Shown here: piece by piece, positions 7,438 through 12,585 of the stretch | Position numbering within the stretch: the first letter of the stretch is position 1 | Layout of the letters: each line of letters begins with the position of its first letter | The notes under the pieces: model-generated | Told to the model about the DNA's origin: nothing | The model's database searches: none | The model's input: the letters and a program-made list of their open reading frames with translations, nothing else | Origin: Armatimonadota bacterium | GTDB lineage: Bacteria > Armatimonadota > Armatimonadia > Armatimonadales > Armatimonadaceae | Reading direction: 5' to 3' | DNA: 12,585 nt | Assembly (NCBI GenBank): GCA_043754515.1 | Contig: JAYUUO010000125.1 | Location: forward strand, 1-12,585 | Program-made: the position numbers and the translations under genes

Positions 7438-8454
7438 CTATTTCCCGCCCAGCGTTCGCTTCACCGCGACGACAATATCGTCCTCGGTGGGGGTCGCCAG
7501 ATTCTCCAAAGCCTTACTATATGGCATCGGGACGAACGCGCCCGTCACCCGTTGCACCGGCGCATCCAGATCATAAAATGCCCGCTCCGCGATCTGCGCC
7601 GATACTTCCGCCGCCGCGCCATACAATCCCCATTGCTCCTGCACGACAACCGCGCGGTGCGTCTTCTTGATACTCGCGAGCGGCGTCGCCATATCGAGCG
7701 GCAACAGACAGCGCAGGTCAATCACTTCCGCGTAGATGCCGTCCTGCGCGAGCCGGTTCGCCGCTTTGAGCGATTCGATCACCATGCGACTGTACGCGAT
7801 AATGGTGACGTCCCGGCCTTCGCGGATGACGTTCGCTTTGCCGAGTGGCACCATGTACTCGGGATCTTCGGGCACCTCGGACAGGCCTTCCTGGATCTTC
7901 TCCAGGTTCTCGGTCTTCTCGAAATACAATTTCAGCGTTTCGAGGAAGATCACCGGGTTCTCATCGCGCACCGCCGACTTCAGCAGGCCCTTCGCGTCGC
8001 CGGGCGTCGCGGGCAGGACCACCTTTAGGCCGGGGCAGTGCGCGAACAAGACTTCAATCGCCTGCGAGTGTTGCGCCGACAACTGGTTGCCGACGCCAGA
8101 GGGGCCACGGATTACCATCGGCACCTTGAACTGCCCGCCGAACATGTACCGGATCTTCGCCGCGTGCTGGGCGATCTGGTCGTACGCGGGGAGCGCGAAG
8201 TCCATGCGCATCATCTCGCAGATCGGGCGTAGTCCCGCCATCGCCGCGCCGATGCCGAGTCCGATGATGCCGACCTCGGAAATGGGCGTATCTACAACCC
8301 GTTTCGCGCCGTACTCCTCCAAGAACCCCTTAGTGACCTGAAGGGTACCGAGGTACTGCCCGACCTCCTCGCCGATAATAAAGACGGACTCGTCCCGATT
8401 CATTTCTTCCCGGAGCGCGAGCGTAAGCGCGTCCGCATATCGCATTTTTGCCAT
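7438..8454 (-). CDS. pdhB: Pyruvate dehydrogenase E1 beta subunit
   Basis: GEEVGQY, RVVDTPISE, GLRPICEMM, SAQHSQ, EVIDLR and DLDAPVQRV. Confidence 0.95.
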   Translation of the reverse strand: MAKMRYADALTLALREEMNRDESVFIIGEEVGQYLGTLQVTKGFLEEYGAKRVVDTPISEVGIIGLGIGAAMAGLRPICEMMRMDFALPAYDQIAQHAAKIRYMFGGQFKVPMVIRGPSGVGNQLSAQHSQAIEVLFAHCPGLKVVLPATPGDAKGLLKSAVRDENPVIFLETLKLYFEKTENLEKIQEGLSEVPEDPEYMVPLGKANVIREGRDVTIIAYSRMVIESLKAANRLAQDGIYAEVIDLRCLLPLDMATPLASIKKTHRAVVVQEQWGLYGAAAEVSAQIAERAFYDLDAPVQRVTGAFVPMPYSKALENLATPTEDDIVVAVKRTLGGK

Positions 8455-8469
8455 AATTGTTTCCCGAGA

Positions 8470-9522
8470 CTAAGCGTAAACGTCTTTCAGAAGTTCGTCG
8501 GGCGTCGGGTTCGCCGAGTCGTCGCTGAACTTCAGCGCGGCCTCGGCGGCGGCGACCGCTTCGTGGTGGATCTTGTCGCGCATCTCCGCGGTTAGCACGC
8601 CGGAGGCGAACATCTTCTGCTCGCACAGCATGATCGGGTCGCGCGTGGACTTTATCTGCTCCACTTCCTCTTTTGAACGGTACGTCACCTGTGTCACCTG
8701 CGTGTCCGCCGCGCCGTGCCCGTGGTAGCGGTACGTCTTCATCTCCAGAAACACCGGGCGCGGATTCGTCCGCATCGAATCAACAATGCGGGACACCGTC
8801 TCATGCACTGCGAAGATGTCTTGCCCGTCAATCACGTGGTACTCCATCGCATACGACTCGACACGGGAGGCGAGATCGGGATTGGCGTGGGAGCGTTCGA
8901 TGCTGGTACCCATCGCGTAGCCGTTGTTTTCGAGCACGAACAGCACCGGCACCTTGAAGAGTTGCGCCATGTTCAGGGACTCGTGGAAGCCGCCCTGGTT
9001 CATCGAGCCGTCGCCGAAGAAGCACGCGCAGACCTGACTGCCGCCCGAGTACTTGATCTTCCATCCAAGACCGAGCGCGATCGGGACATTGCCACCGACG
9101 ATCCCATAGCCGCCGTAAAAGCCGAGTTTGGCGTCGCAGATGTGCATCGAGCCGCCCTTACCTTTGGAGCAACCCGTGATCTTGCCGCAGATCTCCGCCA
9201 TAACCTGGCCGGGAGGCGAACCGGCTGCGAGCGCGTAAGCGTGGTCTCGGTAGTGGCCGATGAACGAGTCACCGTTCCGGACGTCCATCGCCCCGATGAT
9301 GCCGACCGCGATAGCCTCTTCGCCGGAATAAAGGTGCAGGTAGCCGCCGATCCCGTGTGTCCCCTGCCGGAAAGCGCGGTCACATAACTCCTCGAATTCG
9401 CGTATATGTACCATCTGCTCGTAAAACCGCAGATACGAAGTCATGTCGAGATTGCCCGCTAGGGCAGGGTCGGCGAGCGTGGAGACGGGTGCTTCCAGAA
9501 CCGACGGGGCTATTTTTGCCAT
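8470..9522 (-). CDS. pdhA: Pyruvate dehydrogenase E1 alpha subunit (TPP-dependent)
   Basis: GYLHLYSGEEA, YRDH, GCSKGKGGSMH, TPP motif FFGDG...ENN and TYRYHGH. Confidence 0.93.
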   Translation of the reverse strand: MAKIAPSVLEAPVSTLADPALAGNLDMTSYLRFYEQMVHIREFEELCDRAFRQGTHGIGGYLHLYSGEEAIAVGIIGAMDVRNGDSFIGHYRDHAYALAAGSPPGQVMAEICGKITGCSKGKGGSMHICDAKLGFYGGYGIVGGNVPIALGLGWKIKYSGGSQVCACFFGDGSMNQGGFHESLNMAQLFKVPVLFVLENNGYAMGTSIERSHANPDLASRVESYAMEYHVIDGQDIFAVHETVSRIVDSMRTNPRPVFLEMKTYRYHGHGAADTQVTQVTYRSKEEVEQIKSTRDPIMLCEQKMFASGVLTAEMRDKIHHEAVAAAEAALKFSDDSANPTPDELLKDVYA

Positions 9523-9644
9523 TACGTGTGCTATTTCCTACCTAGTAAAATCGTGGCGGGGTGCCGGTGTCGCCGCGCCACGAACGCATCGGGACGACGC
9601 GACGGACGGCTCTTTTCCGCGACGCGGAACCGCGAACCGTCGGC

Positions 9645-9653
9645 ATTATACCA
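9645..9653 (-). promoter_or_regulatory. Extended -10 promoter (TGgTATAAT) of the pdh operon
   Basis: Perfect TGn-TATAAT about 120 nt upstream of the pdhA ATG in otherwise GC-rich intergenic DNA. Confidence 0.7.
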
Positions 9654-9733
9654 GAAACCCGCCCGAATGGACAGCGCGAAAACACAACATCGCGGCGGCA
9701 GGATTTTCCGACCGGCACGGCGAATCAACCGAC

Positions 9734-10216
9734 ATGTACCGAGTGGGAATCCTGACCGTTTCGGATCGGTGTTACGCGGGGGAACGCGAGGATGTTTCCG
9801 GCCCCGCGATAGTGACCTGTCTCCCCGCGAGCGACTATGAGGTCGTCTTTCATTGCACCGTCCCCGATGACGAAGGCGAGATAGCGGATCAGCTAATCGC
9901 GATGAGCGACGGCGGATGCGACTTGGTGCTCACGACTGGCGGCACCGGCTTCGCCCCGCGCGACGTCACACCGGAAGCCACCGTCTCCGTGTTAGATAAG
10001 AACGCGCCCGGCATCGCCGAACTGCTCCGAGCCGAAGGGTTGCGCACGGTGACGACCGCCGCGCTGGGGCGAGGAGTCGCGGGCATTCACGAGGCAACCC
10101 TGATCGTCAATCTTCCGGGTAGCCCCACGGGGGCACGGGACGGAATGAAGGTGCTGTTGCCTCTGCTACCCCACGCGCTGTCCCTGGTCGCGGGAGGAAG
10201 GGGAGGACATGACTGA
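9734..10216 (+). CDS. mog: MogA/MoaB-family molybdopterin adenylyltransferase
   Basis: MYRVGILTVSD, DVSGP, VPDD, TTGGTGFAPRDVTPEAT and NLPGSP. The start is set at ATG 9734 (160 aa), because the upstream extension in the ORF track overlaps pdhA and its promoter. Confidence 0.92.
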   Translation: MYRVGILTVSDRCYAGEREDVSGPAIVTCLPASDYEVVFHCTVPDDEGEIADQLIAMSDGGCDLVLTTGGTGFAPRDVTPEATVSVLDKNAPGIAELLRAEGLRTVTTAALGRGVAGIHEATLIVNLPGSPTGARDGMKVLLPLLPHALSLVAGGRGGHD

Positions 10217-11018
10217 GACATTATCCGAACCGCTGTCCTTCGACCGTGTCGCGACCGAGTACGAGCGCACGCGTCCCCTCCCGCCGAAGGTGGCACTTTC
10301 CGTAGTGAAGTTCATTTCGGGCGTCGGGGGCGATGGTTGGATCCTGGACGCCGGTTGCGGCACGGGCCGGTTTACCCGCCCCCTCGCCGCGCGGCACGAG
10401 CGAACGGTCGGGGTGGACGTGTCGGAGGAGATGCTGGGCGAGATGCGCCGCATTCTGTCGGAGACGGGCGCGCCGCAACCGAATCTCGTTCCCGCCGATT
10501 TGCGGGGTCTCCCCTTCCCCGACGCGCACTTCACCGCCGTGCTCGCCGTTCATGTGCTCCATCTGATCGCCGAGTGGCGCGACGCCATCCGCGAGATGGA
10601 GCGCGTGACGGTGCCAGGTGGCATCCTGATGCTCGGCTACGAACACCGCTCGACGTCCGCCGTGCGTGACTTCTATATGGCGGAGGGGCGTCGGCGTGAT
10701 CTATTGCCCGCCCACCCCGGTGCGCGGAACACCGAAACTGACATGCCCTTCATCAAAGCGTGCTTCGGGGCAACGGCGCATGAGACCATCACCCGCCCGG
10801 AGTGGCAGTGGACACACAGGGCATCGGTTGGCACGATGCTGACCGACTTGGACGCGCGCCTTTATTCATCGCAGTGGCAGATCCCAGCGTCCGCGCACGA
10901 GGCGATTATGATCGCGACGCGGGAGAATGCACTTAATCGGTTCGGTCCCGCCTACGAGGGCGCGCATGAATCGCTGGAAACGCGATTCGTGCTCCATCTG
11001 GTGCGCAAAAAAAGCTAG
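10209..11018 (+). CDS. Class I SAM-dependent methyltransferase
   Basis: SFDRVATEY, motif I ILDAGCGTG, GVDVS, ADLRGLPFPDAHF and RVTVPGG. It overlaps mog by 8 bp and has GGAGG upstream. Confidence 0.9.
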   Translation: MTETLSEPLSFDRVATEYERTRPLPPKVALSVVKFISGVGGDGWILDAGCGTGRFTRPLAARHERTVGVDVSEEMLGEMRRILSETGAPQPNLVPADLRGLPFPDAHFTAVLAVHVLHLIAEWRDAIREMERVTVPGGILMLGYEHRSTSAVRDFYMAEGRRRDLLPAHPGARNTETDMPFIKACFGATAHETITRPEWQWTHRASVGTMLTDLDARLYSSQWQIPASAHEAIMIATRENALNRFGPAYEGAHESLETRFVLHLVRKKS

Positions 11019-11314
11019 ACGTGCTTTGGGGAGGGCTTAGCGGGCTTTTTGCCCCCTGGTTTCTTTGCGTCCACGCCGTATTTCATCAGGGCGACCTTAT
11101 CCTTATCACTCATCTTGCCGAACGCTGGCTTGCAACCGCCGCAACAGAAGTAGAACGTCTTGCCTCTATACACCGAGGAGTTCTTGATGTCGGGCTTCGC
11201 GACCTTCTCCTTCAGGATCGGGCAGGTGGCACCGCTCTCGGGGCGAGCGAACGCGGAGCCGGTCGCGGCGAGTACGAACAGCGCGGCGGAGAGGACGGCG
11301 AGAGACTGTTTCAT
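11015..11314 (-). CDS. Secreted YHS/TRASH-like Cys-rich metal-binding protein
   Basis: Signal peptide MKQSLAVLSAALFVLAATGSAFA, then CPI...YRGKTFYFCCGGCKPAF and a Lys/Pro-rich tail. Its stop overlaps the methyltransferase stop at CTAG. Confidence 0.8.
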   Translation of the reverse strand: MKQSLAVLSAALFVLAATGSAFARPESGATCPILKEKVAKPDIKNSSVYRGKTFYFCCGGCKPAFGKMSDKDKVALMKYGVDAKKPGGKKPAKPSPKHV

Positions 11315-12165
11315 AGATATAAGTGCGTGTACAGAAATATGTTACAATCGGTATCATGAGCCGATTGACTAAAATAATTCTGACCGATGAGCAACGCGCC
11401 GCACTGGAAAAAGGCTTCAAGTTTGGCAAAGTTCACGGGTTCCGCCAGCGATGCCAAATGCTTTTACTTAAGGCACAGAAAAAGACTTCTAAAGAGATCG
11501 GTGAGCAGTTAGGCTATTGTCTCGTGACAGTAAACCATTGGGTCACGCGGTATCAGAACGAGGGTATTGACGGTTTACACATCAAGGCGGGCAGGGGTAG
11601 GCACAGCATTTTGCAAGAGGAAACGGACTTGCCTGCGGTGCGTCTCGCCGTGCAAGCCAACCGACAACGCCTGAGCCTCGCGCAGGATGCTTTACAGGAG
11701 GAACTCGGCAAGCAGTTTAGTCGCATGACCTTGAAGCGGTTCCTTAAAAAAACGGTTGCCGATTCAAGCGCATACGCAGGCGAGTAAGCAAAGAACCCGA
11801 CCCCGAAGAGTATGCCTATAAGGTGGCGAGTTTAGCACGCATAGAAGAAAGTGCGGAAGCGGGTCAGATAGACGTTTTTTATGGGGACGAGAGCGGCGTC
11901 TGTCTCATCCCGTGCGTCCCTTCGGGATGGCAATTCGGGGACGAGGATTTATTCATCCCTAGCACCAGCGGTAAGGCGGTGAATTGTTTCGCTCTGCTGT
12001 CGCGAGACAACCGATGCTTCTTTCGTACCACCGAGCAGACGATCAACGCGGCTTTGATACGCGATTACCTGGATGATTTTAGTCGGCATTTGGAACGCCC
12101 GACGGTCGTGGTACTGGACAACGCACCCGTGCATCAGAGTGAGGTACGCAAGTGCCGGGCCGCGT

Positions 12166-12192
12166 CGAAAATCGCGGCGATTTGTCGAGCGT
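12166..12192. repeat. 27-bp in-frame palindromic insertion with GCGT direct repeat
   Basis: GCGT at 12162..12165 and 12189..12192 flanks the hairpin TCGA-AAATCG-cgg-CGATTT-g-TCGA. Removing it restores KCRAAWEAKG. Confidence 0.75.
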
Positions 12193-12229
12193 GGGAGGCG
12201 AAGGGGATGTACGTGTTCTTTCTGCCCCC

Positions 12230-12254
12230 TCGGTATTTTGCGGAGCAAAAACCT
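12230..12254. repeat. 25-bp frameshifting palindromic insertion
   Basis: Hairpin GGT-a-TTTTGC-gga-GCAAAA-ACC. Removing it restores the IS630 motif FLPPYSPQLN and the reading frame. Confidence 0.8.
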
Positions 12255-12303
12255 GTACTCGCCGCAACTGAACATCGCGGAGATACTGTGGCGCAAGCTC
12301 AAG

Positions 12304-12333
12304 ACAGAGAAATGCCTTGAGGGCATTTTCTTG
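12304..12333. repeat. 30-bp in-frame palindromic insertion
   Basis: Hairpin AGA-g-AAATGCC-ttgag-GGCATTT-TCT. Removing it restores WRKLKYEWL. Confidence 0.75.
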
Positions 12334-12479
12334 TATGAGTGGTTGCAACCGGGTGATTACAAAGAAAAATCACTGCTAGGTTACCGCGTTTGGGAAGCAC
12401 TCGCGGCAGTCGGGCACGATCTGAAAATCGCCTTCAAACCGTTCAATGCGGAATGTAAACTAAATTAGAACAGGTACTT

Positions 12480-12545
12480 AAATTCCCATTCGGCGTCTTC
12501 TACGTCGGAAGGATAGCGTTTCTTGATTTTTAATGTGGTTTCCAC
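12480..12545 (-). pseudogene. N-terminal fragment (22 codons) of an IS5-family transposase, cut off by the IS630 end
   Basis: GTG at 12545 gives (M)ETTLKIKKRYPSDVEDAEWEF, matching the RYPSD-x-x-D-x-EW N-terminal signature of IS5-family (DUF4096-type) transposases. The frame runs straight into the IS630 TA. Confidence 0.78.
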
Positions 12546-12549
12546 ATTA
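12531..12549. promoter_or_regulatory. Perfect 8-bp inverted repeat covering the IS5 transposase start codon
   Basis: TAATGTGG-ttt-CCACATTA. The GTG at 12545..12543 lies in one arm. Confidence 0.55.
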
Positions 12550-12585
12550 TTTGATACACTATTTGACTAGAACTAGTTCATAACA

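Larger units (their letters stand above)
11356..12468 (+). pseudogene. IS630 transposase: HTH ORF plus DDE ORF joined by a -1 shift at an A7 run, inactivated by a later frameshifting insertion
   Basis: ORF A from ATG 11356 ends ...TLKRFLKK at A7 (11746..11752) and continues in the -1 frame as NGCRFKRIRRR...FYGDESG...VLDNAPVH...FFLPP. The YSPQLNIAEILWRKLK motif resumes in another frame after a 25-bp insertion. Confidence 0.88.
11320..12480 (+). mobile_element. IS630-family insertion sequence (coordinates include both TA dinucleotides)
   Basis: Left end TA-AGTGCGTGTAC and right end (reverse complement) TA-AGTACCTGTTC match at 8 of 11 positions. They enclose an HTH plus DDE transposase in DNA of lower GC than the host genes. 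Confidence 0.9.

Noticed and set aside
7880..7925. Short extra segment EKTENLEKIQE in PdhB as another hairpin insertion
   Set aside because: It is not palindromic and looks like ordinary loop-length variation.
9443..9733. 97-aa N-terminal extension of the Mog/MoaB ORF
   Set aside because: It overlaps pdhA and its promoter, and family similarity starts at Met 9734.
11949..12326. Minus-strand ORF containing AYLTLMH, reminiscent of the IS5 continuation
   Set aside because: It is antisense to the conserved LDNAPVH region of the IS630 DDE domain and far from the junction, so the match is coincidental.
12481..12490. GGGAA right of the IS630 as the displaced RBS of the YHS gene
   Set aside because: The same bases are better explained as the Trp-Glu codons of the IS5 transposase fragment.
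12566..12579. GAACTAGTTC palindrome as a LexA or TrpR-type operator
   Set aside because: The spacing does not fit GAAC-N4-GTTC, it lies at the window edge, and it is probably part of the IS end.
1..12585. CRISPR array, tRNA or rRNA
   Set aside because: No regularly spaced direct repeats or recognisable structural RNA genes were seen.

Overview
GC-rich bacterial window with three parts. (1) Left, minus strand: an unusual three-gene cluster encoding a class I HMG-CoA reductase, a UbiA-superfamily membrane protein and a >=874-aa PEP-synthase/rifampin-phosphotransferase-architecture dikinase. The dikinase runs off the left edge and is absent from the ORF track. It has its own extended -10 promoter and a leader with a terminator/antiterminator pair. 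(2) Middle: a REP-like inverted-repeat doublet, a hypothetical gene and a pdhA-pdhB-pdhC operon without E3, divergent from a mog/moaB gene and a SAM methyltransferase, followed by a convergent secreted YHS-domain gene. (3) Right: a TA-flanked IS630 element whose catalytic region has three separate 25-30 bp insertions that differ in sequence but share one bulged-hairpin fold. One of them frameshifts the transposase. The IS630 abuts the first 22 codons of an IS5-family transposase. The best novelty candidates are the HMGR/UbiA/dikinase pathway with its putative attenuator, and the very small hairpin insertion elements.
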